Position numbers and translations under genes: made by a program. 64,000 bases of DNA from Candidatus Poribacteria bacterium (GTDB lineage Bacteria; Poribacteria; WGA-4E; WGA-3G): positions 4,064,001-4,128,000 of the forward strand of contig OZ243938.1 in NCBI GenBank assembly GCA_965214095.1, given 5' to 3'. Positions within the stretch are counted from its first letter, which is position 1; every line of letters starts with the position of its first letter. Shown here piece by piece: positions 1-9,863 of this stretch. A model generated the notes under the pieces. It searched no databases and was not told the DNA's origin. It saw nothing but the letters and a program-made list of their open reading frames with translations.

Positions 1-64
1 TTTTGTCCAATCTGTATTATGTTGGATACCTTGCTATCAGTGCTTATCACATGCGGTTATTGGA

Positions 65-1393
65 TTACTCAACCCAGTTTTCAGGAGAAAGACCACGATA
101 GGCATAATCTAATAGCGTCACAGGATGCATTGCTTTCATATCCAATCCGCGTTTATGAATACCTTGTTGAATCTGCAGTAGACATCCAGGATTTCCAGTT
201 GCGACTATATCCGCTTCAGTATCAGCAATGTGTTGCATCTTCCGCTCAAGTATCTCTTGTGATAGTTCTGGTTGGGTTATGTTGTAAATACCAGCACTGC
301 CACAACACCAGTCAGATTCAGTTAACTCAATTAACTCAATCTCTGGTATTGTTTGTAGAACCTTTATAGGTTGTGATTTTACCCGTTGTCCATGCAAGAG
401 ATGACACGGTTCATCATAAGTAACTCGGAGTGGTATTTTACCTTTGGGTGTGACCATTTCAATTTCTGCTAAGAATTCACTGATGTCCTGCATTTTGTGG
501 CTGAAGTTTTCCGCTTTCTCTGTGTAATTTGGATCGTTTTCCAACAGCACTTCATATTCCTTCAGTGCTGCACCGCAACCAGCAGAATTGATGATAATGG
601 CATCTAATTGTTCGTTTTCAAACGCATCAATGTTCTGTTTTGCAAGTTCTGAAGCAAAATAGCGTTCTCCGTTATGTAGGTGCAATGCCCCACAACATGT
701 CTGTTTGCGTGGTGTAACAACTTCACATCCATTCTCTGACAACACACGTATTGTCGCCAAATTAGTATCGGTAAAAACTTGATTCATGATGCATCCGGGG
801 ATAAAACCAACACGGTATCGGGTTTCACCTATTGCGGGGGTAATGTCGCGTATTGTATATTTGAGACGTGGTGGTGGGATTTTAGGTAATAACGACTCCA
901 TCTGTCCAAGTTGTCCCATCAACTTGAGTATACCACTTTTCTGAACTAACCATCGGATGCCGAGTTTTTGGTAGAGCCACATCAGCTCAAAGATAAGGTC
1001 TAATCGTTCTTTGTTCGGTAGGATTTGCTTGAAAACAAGGTTGCTCCAGAATTTGTGACTTGTTGATCGGTGCGCGTTCTGTTCATAGATCGCGCGAGCT
1101 TGTTCCAAGAGTTCACCGAAGTGGACACCGGATGGACATGCTGTTTCACAAGCGCGGCAATCTAAGCATCGATAGATATATTCTGCCCATTCTTCGTTGA
1201 GGGGTGTGGCATCTTGTGATTTGAACGCGCTTCCCATGAGGTATAATCTACCCCGTGGGGAATCGGTTTCTAATCCTAATTCGCGATAGGTTGGACAAGT
1301 AGGTAAGCAGAGACCACAATGGGTACAAGCATCCCATTTTTTCCAACTGAAGGTCTCTAATCCGATTAACGGTTGGGTTTGATGGGTGGACAT
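65..1393 (-). CDS. GlcF-like (Fe-S)-binding oxidoreductase subunit (two 4Fe-4S motifs plus two CCG domains)
   Basis: CTHCGLCLPTC and CLDCRACETAC ferredoxin motifs; CCG motifs (TCCGALH, WCCGSAG). Confidence 0.85.
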   Translation of the reverse strand: MSTHQTQPLIGLETFSWKKWDACTHCGLCLPTCPTYRELGLETDSPRGRLYLMGSAFKSQDATPLNEEWAEYIYRCLDCRACETACPSGVHFGELLEQARAIYEQNAHRSTSHKFWSNLVFKQILPNKERLDLIFELMWLYQKLGIRWLVQKSGILKLMGQLGQMESLLPKIPPPRLKYTIRDITPAIGETRYRVGFIPGCIMNQVFTDTNLATIRVLSENGCEVVTPRKQTCCGALHLHNGERYFASELAKQNIDAFENEQLDAIIINSAGCGAALKEYEVLLENDPNYTEKAENFSHKMQDISEFLAEIEMVTPKGKIPLRVTYDEPCHLLHGQRVKSQPIKVLQTIPEIELIELTESDWCCGSAGIYNITQPELSQEILERKMQHIADTEADIVATGNPGCLLQIQQGIHKRGLDMKAMHPVTLLDYAYRGLSPENWVE

Positions 1394-1438
1394 ATAAAGT
1401 GTATTGCTTTGGTGATAGTTAATTTCAATAGTGTCAGT

Positions 1439-1783
1439 TTAATTATGTTGGAATTTCAACAGTATCATGCCAAGCACAAATAATACTGTAAGTACAATTA
1501 ATCCGAGAGTGGAAAAGAGCATACCTATTTTACTCATTGAACCTGCAAAACTCTTATTTAGATTATTACTTCTGTTTTCATTTATCTTCTCCGCAAGTAG
1601 ATGTTTTTCGTTCTCTGTGTACTCAGCACTTTTTGCAACGGAATCAGGAGAAATTGACAATTGTTTATGTTGTCTTTTCCGTTTAGGAATTACAAGAATA
1701 AGAAGTAGAATACAACCAAAAAAAGTCAATATATGAACTGGATATGCGGCAATGACTGTAAAAACTCCATTTAGATCATTCAT
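1439..1783 (-). CDS. Small hypothetical membrane protein (two hydrophobic segments)
   Basis: Sits in line between larE and the glcF-like gene; N- and C-terminal hydrophobic stretches; start placed at MNDLNG. Confidence 0.55.
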   Translation of the reverse strand: MNDLNGVFTVIAAYPVHILTFFGCILLLILVIPKRKRQHKQLSISPDSVAKSAEYTENEKHLLAEKINENRSNNLNKSFAGSMSKIGMLFSTLGLIVLTVLFVLGMILLKFQHN

Positions 1784-1830
1784 AATGTCATCCTTGCCTT
1801 TGCATTGTATGTTGAAATTAATCAATCAAA

Positions 1831-2664
1831 CTATTTTCCAGTAATGATTTTGGTAATTCCTTCATTTAGACTACCAGATCGATATCCTTGTAAGTCAAGT
1901 GTGACGTGTTCGTACCCAAGTGTTTTATAGTGATCATTGATCTGATTTCGTATTGTTTCTTGACGTAAGAGGACAATTTCATCTGCATCAAGTTCAATTC
2001 GTGCAAGTTCACCGTGGTGTCGGACACGAAACTGACGGATACCTAAATCGTAGAGAAATTGTTCTGCAGCATCAACCTGCCGTAGCAACTCACGAGTGAT
2101 ACGCATACCGTAAGGAAATCTTGAAGAAAGACATGCGAAAGCAGGTTTATCCCACGTCGGTAGGTCCCATGCTTTAGAAATTTCACGGATTTCTGCTTTT
2201 GTTAGGTGGACATCAATCAATGGTGCTTTGATACCCATCTGTTTTGCAGCGTCCATTCCTGGGCGATGATCGCCGACATCATCAGGGATTGCGCCGTAAA
2301 CGATAGTTCCAACATCATATTTATCTGCGATCGGACGCAGTTTGTCAAATAGTTCTGTCTTACAAAAGAAACATCTGTTTGTAGGATTGCTTGCATATCC
2401 TTCCAAGTCTAATTCTTCGGTGTGTACCGTTTCAAATCGGATGCCAATCTGTTTGGCAATATCCTGTGCGGCTTTCATTTCACGGATAGGATAGGAATCA
2501 GAAATTGCAGTAACTGCAAGGGAGTTTTCACCTAATGCATGATGGGCAGCCTCAGCAAGAAATGTGCTATCAACACCACCAGAGAAGGCAACAATTACCT
2601 TTTGATAATCACTTAAACATTCGTAGAGGTGTTCTACTTTTGTTTGTAATGGATTTGGTATCAT
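1831..2664 (-). CDS. larE: ATP-dependent sacrificial sulfur transferase LarE family
   Basis: PP-loop AFSGGVDS, NRCFFCK, DHRPG, WDKPAFACLSSRFPYG, GYRSGSLN. Confidence 0.9.
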   Translation of the reverse strand: MIPNPLQTKVEHLYECLSDYQKVIVAFSGGVDSTFLAEAAHHALGENSLAVTAISDSYPIREMKAAQDIAKQIGIRFETVHTEELDLEGYASNPTNRCFFCKTELFDKLRPIADKYDVGTIVYGAIPDDVGDHRPGMDAAKQMGIKAPLIDVHLTKAEIREISKAWDLPTWDKPAFACLSSRFPYGMRITRELLRQVDAAEQFLYDLGIRQFRVRHHGELARIELDADEIVLLRQETIRNQINDHYKTLGYEHVTLDLQGYRSGSLNEGITKIITGK

Positions 2665-2682
2665 AAATTCACACCTTAAGTA

Positions 2683-3273
2683 TTACTGTGGTCTTTCGGC
2701 TTGTTGGATTATTTTCAGTTCATCTCTGAGCAATTGTCTTTTCAAGCCACTTATTCTGTCAATAAAGAGTGTGCCATTGAGATGGTCAATTTCGTGTTGC
2801 AGCACACGTGAGAGAAGTCCCGCTGCTTCAAATTGGATTTCTTTATTATTTATGCTCAATGCTTTAACGGCAATCTTCTCTGGACGTTTCACATCAGCAC
2901 GGACATCTGGTATGCTAAGACATCCTTCCTCCACCACTGTTTCGCCTTCTGCACTTAATATCTCTGGATTGAACAAAAGTAGTGGGTCAAATTTGTCTTC
3001 CTCATCATCCCCACCGATGTCAACTACGAGAAACCGCTTTAGTACGCCAACTTGGGTGGCTGCGAGACCGATACCGACACCAGTTGCGTATAGTGTCATC
3101 AACATATCCTCAGCGAGTTTGATTTCTGCTTCGGTTATTTCCTGAACAGGTGTTGCTCTTTTGCGGAGGACAGGATCACCATAATATCGAAGTTGTAACG
3201 GTTTCGTTTTAGGTAACTGTAGTGCTTCGTCTGCTGTATGTCTGTTTTTGCGTTTTCTTTTCGGCTTTGACAT
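2683..3273 (-). CDS. def: Peptide deformylase
   Basis: GIGLAATQVG, EGCLS and QHEIDHLNG motifs. Start moved to ATG 3273 because the ORF-track TTG at 3348 lies in a -35 box. Confidence 0.93.
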   Translation of the reverse strand: MSKPKRKRKNRHTADEALQLPKTKPLQLRYYGDPVLRKRATPVQEITEAEIKLAEDMLMTLYATGVGIGLAATQVGVLKRFLVVDIGGDDEEDKFDPLLLFNPEILSAEGETVVEEGCLSIPDVRADVKRPEKIAVKALSINNKEIQFEAAGLLSRVLQHEIDHLNGTLFIDRISGLKRQLLRDELKIIQQAERPQ

Positions 3274-3319
3274 ACGATGCGTATTACTCCATTCTTCTTT
3301 ATCTCTGACAAGTTTATAT

Positions 3320-3348
3320 ATCTTAACACTTGCGAGGGATATTGTCAA
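3320..3348 (-). promoter_or_regulatory. Sigma70-type promoter for def
   Basis: TTGACA-17 nt-TAAGAT with an extended TGn -10 on the minus strand. Confidence 0.6.
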
Positions 3349-3354
3349 GTGAAA

Positions 3355-3488
3355 ATGAAAGGAATTGACTGGTAATTCTCATTTTCTCAAACCCGGTAGG
3401 TGCGGTTTTCTAACCAAGTCAGCATACCTAACGCCTATGCTGACAGACTTCTCAAGGAAATTACCCAATTTATTTCTTAATCTTCATT
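3355..3488. repeat. Degenerate GTAG-type REP-like element with internal hairpin
   Basis: GGTAGGTGCGGTTTTCTAACC (3395-3415) resembles the 11170 and 18579 units; hairpin GTCAGCATA/TATGCTGAC (3418-3444); flanking GGTAATT/AATTACC and ATGAA/TTCAT. Confidence 0.5.
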
Positions 3489-3648
3489 ATGCTTGGGTCA
3501 AAAAACATTTGATTTATGAATTGTTTTGTGATGTACTATATTCAGCATTGTGGATAGGGTTGTCAAGGAAGCACAAGTCCTAACCTTTAGGTTGTGGGGT
3601 ACTATGACAAGATTCCCTTAATGTTCTTTAGTGTAAGGAATTCAGAAC

Positions 3649-4443
3649 ATGCGAAAATCAACATCATTATCAAAAATAATCGTAAAAGGCACTATCAACA
3701 GTTTCCTGTTGATAGTTTCTATGGCTTTTTTGATAGTTCCTACAGGCCAAGCATTAGATGGAGAAGTTGAAGAGATTCTAAAGCATATAGATCAACTCTA
3801 CCGAAGTGATACAAGCAATACAGAAATGGAGATGCAAATTGTCACACCAAATTGGGAACGGACACTGGCAATGACTGTGTGGACAAAAGGAACAGATAAG
3901 ACATTTATACGGATTACCGCACCGAAAAAGGAAAAGGATGTCACGACACTCAGAATCGGTAAAGAGATGTGGAATTATCTGCCGAAAGTCAACAAAATAT
4001 TCAAGATTTCACCATCAATGATGATGGGGTCGTGGATGGGATCCGATTTCACCAATGACGACCTTGTGAGAGAGTCGTCACTGATCAACGACTATACATA
4101 TCAACTGATTACGCCTGAAAATGCGTCCCCTGACCAAATTTACGTTGAGTTAACTCCCAAAGAAGACTCTCCTATTGTATGGGGAAAGGTAGTTACTGCA
4201 GTTAGGAAAGATGATCATATCCCTGTGTGGCAACATTTCTTTGATGAAAAAGACAGATTGATGAGAGTGCTAAATTTTAAAGATATAAAATCATTCGGTG
4301 AAAAGACTATACCTTCTGTGATGGAAATGATCCCGCAGAACAAAGAAGGACACAAAACGGTGATAAGATTTTTGAAGGCTGAATATGACTCTGAAATTGA
4401 TGATAAGATCTTCTCACGCAGAAATCTCCAGAAAAGGAAATAA
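3649..4443 (+). CDS. Outer membrane lipoprotein-sorting protein (LolA-like)
   Basis: Signal peptide; MWNYLP and SWMGSDFTNDDL motifs; FSRRNL C-terminus typical of this family. Confidence 0.85.
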   Translation: MRKSTSLSKIIVKGTINSFLLIVSMAFLIVPTGQALDGEVEEILKHIDQLYRSDTSNTEMEMQIVTPNWERTLAMTVWTKGTDKTFIRITAPKKEKDVTTLRIGKEMWNYLPKVNKIFKISPSMMMGSWMGSDFTNDDLVRESSLINDYTYQLITPENASPDQIYVELTPKEDSPIVWGKVVTAVRKDDHIPVWQHFFDEKDRLMRVLNFKDIKSFGEKTIPSVMEMIPQNKEGHKTVIRFLKAEYDSEIDDKIFSRRNLQKRK

Positions 4444-4449
4444 ACAAGG

Positions 4450-5031
4450 TTGAAAATAATCTGTAAAACACGAAAATATAGTTGTGATTTATCGCAAAAC
4501 TTTAGAAATTGTTTATATCTATGCCTAATCTGTCTGTTGTTGAGTATGATTTACAATGTTTCAGTCCAGGCTCAATCAACAGAACTTACAAAAAGTTTTG
4601 GTATAGGTTCACAAGGTGCTACACCTGCCTTTGGTGGAATCAGTTTCAAATATAATGGACTTGCACCCGTTTACCTGCAAGCTGTTGGTCGTTTCATCCA
4701 AATTGATGATTATACTGATCACATGTTGGGGTGTGGTGTGTCATACGCAATCTATGAACATATTGGTCAGTGGAATCAAGCACGACTCTATTTTTCTTTA
4801 GAAGGTGGATGGCGTTTCCATAAAGAAACTGATGACGACAATAATAGTTTTGAAAATACTACCCTCGCGGCTGGAATCTCATTCGGTGGAGAACTCGTTT
4901 TTTCACTCGGAGGTATTCCACTCGGACTGAATCTTGGAATCGGACAAGGGTTTGGAAGAGAATATAACGGTTCTGATTCTAAAGGTGTTGCAGGAGTTTA
5001 TGTGGGTGCTGGAATACATGCATATTTTTAG
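4450..5031 (+). CDS. Putative small outer-membrane beta-barrel protein
   Basis: Signal-like N-terminus, Gly-rich alternating beta strands, terminal aromatic (GIHAYF); start uncertain. Confidence 0.55.
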   Translation: MKIICKTRKYSCDLSQNFRNCLYLCLICLLLSMIYNVSVQAQSTELTKSFGIGSQGATPAFGGISFKYNGLAPVYLQAVGRFIQIDDYTDHMLGCGVSYAIYEHIGQWNQARLYFSLEGGWRFHKETDDDNNSFENTTLAAGISFGGELVFSLGGIPLGLNLGIGQGFGREYNGSDSKGVAGVYVGAGIHAYF

Positions 5032-6637
5032 ATCTTTTTTATTTGGTCTGCTTTCCATTTATGTTTTCTGTATTTCACTATTAGGATGTTCAAAAACACT
5101 TAAAAAGAATGTTCAACCCCTACCACCGAATCCATATTCCTTTGAGCAATACGAGATTTTAACTGGTTCTGCAAAACATCAGTCCATTCTAACGGGTTTC
5201 CTATTGAACGGAGAAACAGCGGATATTGCTGTCCTGAATATTGACGAGGACAATGCACGACACTTATCCATTTATTCTTTCAATAAAGAAAATTGGGAAC
5301 TCAGCATAAAGACAACACTACATCAAGAAGTATTATTTGTTGACATTGCGAACATTGATGGACGTGACAGACTTATCACATATCAACATGGTCACTTGAA
5401 TTGGTTTGATCCTGAAACAGAAGTACTACATAAACTCATTGATATTACAATCCATTTCAATCCTCTCAATCTGAAGGAAATACCCTATGTTAATATCAGT
5501 CAAGACCCAAATGGTGATGGTCGTGATGATTTTGTTTTACCAGATATTGATGGGTTTTGGGTCTCCACACAATTAGACAATGGAATGTTTACGTATCCAA
5601 TAAAACTTGGTCCATCCGACCCTTTTCTTGATGAAACAGCATTGGATGAAAAACAAATCTATCGGGATGTTGGGATCAATTCCTTCACTGTTCTATGGTA
5701 TATGAGTCGTTTTCATCTGGTAGATTACGATGGTGACAAACGAAATGATATTGTCTTCTGGAACGAGGATCATTTCGATGTATATCATCAAAATCCTCAA
5801 GGCACGTTTTCTGCTGTTCCTACCACATTTACTGTTGATGTAGAATTTGACAATGATGGTGTATATTCATTAGCATTCGGATATGAAGGAGAAAACACAT
5901 TTGCCCTGATTTCAGGATTCAGAAAGAAAACAAAACGTAGCGTGTTACACATGTTTCGTGATTTAAACGGTGATGGTGTCACGGATATGGTTATACATAC
6001 CTTAGAAGGAAGAAGCCTGGGTAATCTCAAGAGTATGTATGAGATCTATTTTGGCAAAATGGGAAACGAAGGTATAAAGTTCAGTTCTGAGGGTAGGCTA
6101 TCAATCAGACCAAAAGGGAAAGCAGGTGGATTGCTACCATGGGGTTATGCATATCAATGGTGGGAAGACATAGATGGAGATGGTGATGTAGATATTCTGT
6201 ATAAGGACGTTAAAACTACCCTCGGTGGTATGATACGTGCAATGGCGGGGAAATCTATTGCAATAGATCTTGAGTGTTACCGAATGCACGAAGGAATTTA
6301 CCAACGAAAACCAACATACAGACGAAAAATTAGACCCGCATTAGAGATCTTTGAAACAGAACGTGTCTTCTTTCCTGCTGTCCTATATGGAGATGTAAAT
6401 GGTGATAACAGATATGATATCATAATTGGCAAAAACTGGAATGAGATGCATATCTATCTTGGTATACCAGGACCAAAGTTATATGCAAAGCAACCCCAAA
6501 AAGTTGCGGTCAGTATGCCTAACGATGAGCGAAACATGCGTTCAGTAGACATGAATAGAGATAATAAGAAGGATATTCTCATATATCATCCAGATACGGA
6601 AAAGTCACACCGTGTGACATTGTTAATCTCAAAATAG
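5018..6637 (+). CDS. FG-GAP/VCBS repeat lipoprotein
   Basis: Lipobox LLGC after ATG 5018; repeated DxxGDGxxD loops (DPNGDGRDD, DLNGDGVTD, DIDGDGDVD, DVNGDNRYD). Confidence 0.8.
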   Translation: MHIFRSFLFGLLSIYVFCISLLGCSKTLKKNVQPLPPNPYSFEQYEILTGSAKHQSILTGFLLNGETADIAVLNIDEDNARHLSIYSFNKENWELSIKTTLHQEVLFVDIANIDGRDRLITYQHGHLNWFDPETEVLHKLIDITIHFNPLNLKEIPYVNISQDPNGDGRDDFVLPDIDGFWVSTQLDNGMFTYPIKLGPSDPFLDETALDEKQIYRDVGINSFTVLWYMSRFHLVDYDGDKRNDIVFWNEDHFDVYHQNPQGTFSAVPTTFTVDVEFDNDGVYSLAFGYEGENTFALISGFRKKTKRSVLHMFRDLNGDGVTDMVIHTLEGRSLGNLKSMYEIYFGKMGNEGIKFSSEGRLSIRPKGKAGGLLPWGYAYQWWEDIDGDGDVDILYKDVKTTLGGMIRAMAGKSIAIDLECYRMHEGIYQRKPTYRRKIRPALEIFETERVFFPAVLYGDVNGDNRYDIIIGKNWNEMHIYLGIPGPKLYAKQPQKVAVSMPNDERNMRSVDMNRDNKKDILIYHPDTEKSHRVTLLISK

Positions 6638-6692
6638 ATAGTTTGTTTCATCTCTAATTTATGGACAACTTCACAAGCACTAAATTACTTCT

Positions 6693-7907
6693 ATGATACT
6701 CAAAATTGCATTTCGAAACATCTTCCGTCAAAAGCGACGCACAATCCTTACTGCGCTGGCAATGATCGTCGGATTTATGCTCTCATGTGTATTTATCGGA
6801 TGGTCAGATGGCATCTATTCCAACATCATTGATATGTTCACACGCAACCGCATCGGACATATACAGGTGCATCAGGAAGGATATCTGGATAGACCTTCAC
6901 TTTATAAAAACATTACCGACTATGAGTCAATTGGGAACACGATTCAAAACAACGAAGGCGTGGAAGCATGGTCTCCACGATTATATGCCGCTGGACTCGG
7001 TTCTGTCGGAGAAAAGAGCACTGCTGTCCGGGTGGTTGGCATAGATATAAAAAGAGAGCAAAATGCAACTAAATTCTCTCAGAAAGTAATTGAAGGTAGA
7101 CCATTTCAGGAAATTGCACTAAATGAAGCAGTCATTGGGAAGGGACTTAAAAAGATACTTAAGGCAGAAATTGGCACTGATCTCGTGATTTTTTCACAGG
7201 CTGCAGACGGTTCAATTGCCAATGACCTATACAAAATTGTTGGAATAACTGACAGTGGTGACGACATAACAGATCGAACGACATGTTATTTAAATCTTGC
7301 AGCTGCACAGGAGTTATTTGTGCTTGAAGGTCGTATCCACGAGTTTGTTGTAATTGTCTCAGATATAAACCATGTCGGAAGAGTTACGAGTACCATTAAA
7401 GACACACTCAGAGGTTTAACGCTGGAAGTGTTACCTTGGCAGGAGGTTGCAAAGTCATTTTATAACGCTATGCAAGCCGACAAACAGGGGGATGCAATCG
7501 GACGTTTTGTTATTATTCTGATCGTTGCTATGGGTGTTCTCAACACTGTATTGATGTCGGTCCTGGAACGAACGCGCGAATATGGATTGTTGAGGGCAGT
7601 AGGGACAAAACCGATACAAATATTTTGGTTGGTATTATGTGAAGTGGTCATTATCGCATTAGCAAGTATTATCATTGGTGCGGTAATTGGAACCACCATA
7701 AACTATCTATTATCCGTTTACGGCATTGAATTTATTGATGGATTCACCTATGGCGGCATGAAATTTGACAAATTACATGCTGAGGTAAATATCCGAACAC
7801 TCATAATACCTACTTTCACTGTGATGTTGTCCGCGTTGTTAGTAAGTTTATATCCTGCGATAAAAGCAGCACGCATTCTACCTGCAAAGGCTATGCGAAC
7901 ACGATAA
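6693..7907 (+). CDS. ABC transporter permease, LolE/FtsX/MacB type
   Basis: AFRNIFRQKRRT start, ERTREYGLLRAVG motif, large periplasmic domain and 4 TMs. Confidence 0.9.
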   Translation: MILKIAFRNIFRQKRRTILTALAMIVGFMLSCVFIGWSDGIYSNIIDMFTRNRIGHIQVHQEGYLDRPSLYKNITDYESIGNTIQNNEGVEAWSPRLYAAGLGSVGEKSTAVRVVGIDIKREQNATKFSQKVIEGRPFQEIALNEAVIGKGLKKILKAEIGTDLVIFSQAADGSIANDLYKIVGITDSGDDITDRTTCYLNLAAAQELFVLEGRIHEFVVIVSDINHVGRVTSTIKDTLRGLTLEVLPWQEVAKSFYNAMQADKQGDAIGRFVIILIVAMGVLNTVLMSVLERTREYGLLRAVGTKPIQIFWLVLCEVVIIALASIIIGAVIGTTINYLLSVYGIEFIDGFTYGGMKFDKLHAEVNIRTLIIPTFTVMLSALLVSLYPAIKAARILPAKAMRTR

Positions 7908-7919
7908 AGTTGATATATT

Positions 7920-9152
7920 ATGATCCTAATCTTAATCAAACTTGCATGGAAAAATATACTTCGCAATAAAAGACGTACTATTATTGCTGCAACTGCGATC
8001 AGTATCGGTCTTGCTGCACTCATTTTCGTTGATGCCTATATGATAGGCATGAAAGAGAACATGATTAAAACTGCCACTGCTTCCTTTCTTGGAGATGCAC
8101 AGATCCATCGCGAAGGTTTTCGTGATGAACAAGAGGTAACACTCACTATTCAGGAAATTGAGACTATTACCCGTAAACTCGCGAAGGAATCAATCGTACA
8201 GTATTTCACACGTAGGACATTCGCTTCTGGTATGATCCGATCCGCTGCAAATATGAATAGCGGTGTCATGCTTGTAGGGATTTTTCCGGGAACTGAAAGA
8301 TTCCTATCTCAGATTGACGATGCGATTATTGAAGGTAACTATTTTGAAGGAAATAATGAAAATGACATAGTTATTGGGTCAAAACTCGCAGAAATCCTTG
8401 AAGTTGAACTCGGTGACAAAGTTCCCGTTACGGTTTCACAAGCCTATGGAGGTGAGTTTTCACAGGTTGGTTTCCGGATTTCAGGTATCTTTAAGTTTGC
8501 AGACGAAGGAATGAACAGTGGTATGGTGTTTGTTCGGATAAATAAAGCACAAGAGATGCTTGGGATTGGTAATGACGTGCATGAAATTGCAATTAAATTC
8601 ACCTCAACTGAGATCTCTTTGGACAAAGAATTAGCATTTTGGGATACTTACGACATACATGACAATGAAATTGTGAGTTGGATAGATATTCTACCTCAAA
8701 TCAATACACTTTTTCAAATGTCAAAATACAGTAAGTATATTATGGGGTCTATACTTTTCATCGTTGTCGCATTCGGCATAGTCAACACACTTTTTATGTC
8801 ATTGTATGAACGTATGTTTGAGTTTGGTGTGTTGCGGGCAGTTGGCACAAGACCTTTTGGGATGGCACGTTTAATCATATTTGAAGCAGGAGCATTGGCA
8901 ATAGTCAGCATCGTAATCGGTGTGATACTCGGTGGCATATTAACTGGAATCTTAGCACATTACGGTCTTAATTTTACTGGAATTGAAATGATGGGTGTGA
9001 CGATTCAAGAATATATCTATCCTGTATTAGCAGTTGAACAGTTCATCCAGTATCCGATTGCTGTCTTTATTTTTACAATAATCGCAGGATTGTATCCCGC
9101 ATGGCATGTTGCCAAAATGTCTCCTGTTGACGCAATGCGACAGAGTTTTTAG
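7920..9152 (+). CDS. ABC transporter permease, LolE/FtsX/MacB type
   Basis: AWKNILRNKRRT and ERMFEFGVLRAVG; paralog of the preceding gene. Confidence 0.9.
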   Translation: MILILIKLAWKNILRNKRRTIIAATAISIGLAALIFVDAYMIGMKENMIKTATASFLGDAQIHREGFRDEQEVTLTIQEIETITRKLAKESIVQYFTRRTFASGMIRSAANMNSGVMLVGIFPGTERFLSQIDDAIIEGNYFEGNNENDIVIGSKLAEILEVELGDKVPVTVSQAYGGEFSQVGFRISGIFKFADEGMNSGMVFVRINKAQEMLGIGNDVHEIAIKFTSTEISLDKELAFWDTYDIHDNEIVSWIDILPQINTLFQMSKYSKYIMGSILFIVVAFGIVNTLFMSLYERMFEFGVLRAVGTRPFGMARLIIFEAGALAIVSIVIGVILGGILTGILAHYGLNFTGIEMMGVTIQEYIYPVLAVEQFIQYPIAVFIFTIIAGLYPAWHVAKMSPVDAMRQSF

Positions 9153-9161
9153 GAAACTATT

Positions 9162-9863
9162 ATGGAAAATATACAGCAGACAGATGTCATTGTTACAGAA
9201 GAAATCACCAAGGTTTATGATCCAGATGGAATACCGATACATGCCCTAAACGGAATTAACCTTACGATTCAATCTGGTGAACTAACGGCAATTGTCGGTC
9301 CTTCCGGTTCTGGTAAAACAACATTTCTCAATATCATTTCTGGATTAGACACACCAACAGAAGGTAAGGTATGGCTTGCAGGAAATGTCTTGTCGGAGAT
9401 GAGTGGAAATGAACTATCTGATTATAGACGAGATAACATCGGATTCATATTTCAAGCATATAACCTTATACCCGTGCTCACAGTGAGAGAAAATGTTGAA
9501 TATATTATGCTCTTGGCAGGTGTTCCAAAAACTGAACGACATGAACGCGTGACTGCCATGCTTGAATCTGTCGGATTAGCAGGCGTGGAGGACAGACTTC
9601 CTACGAAACTTTCCGGTGGACAACAGCAACGGGTTGCAATTGCACGGGCAATGGTATCAGAACCATCTATAGTCCTCGCAGATGAACCCACCGCTAATCT
9701 TGACTCAAAAACAGGGGCAGACCTACTTGAGATGATGCGTAAACTTAACTCGGATACAGGAATGACATTTATATTCTCAACACATGATCCAATGGTAATG
9801 GAAAGTGCAAAAAGATTAATTACCCTACGCGATGGTAAAATTGACAGCGATGAGACAAAATAG
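9162..9863 (+). CDS. ABC transporter ATP-binding protein, LolD type
   Basis: Walker A GPSGSGKT, signature LSGGQQQR, Walker B VLADEPT, H-loop STHD. Confidence 0.93.
   Translation: MENIQQTDVIVTEEITKVYDPDGIPIHALNGINLTIQSGELTAIVGPSGSGKTTFLNIISGLDTPTEGKVWLAGNVLSEMSGNELSDYRRDNIGFIFQAYNLIPVLTVRENVEYIMLLAGVPKTERHERVTAMLESVGLAGVEDRLPTKLSGGQQQRVAIARAMVSEPSIVLADEPTANLDSKTGADLLEMMRKLNSDTGMTFIFSTHDPMVMESAKRLITLRDGKIDSDETK

Noticed and set aside
1831-2664. Nickel-pincer cofactor (lar) operon
   Set aside because: Only larE is present, with no larA, larB or larC in the window; dispersed larE genes are common.
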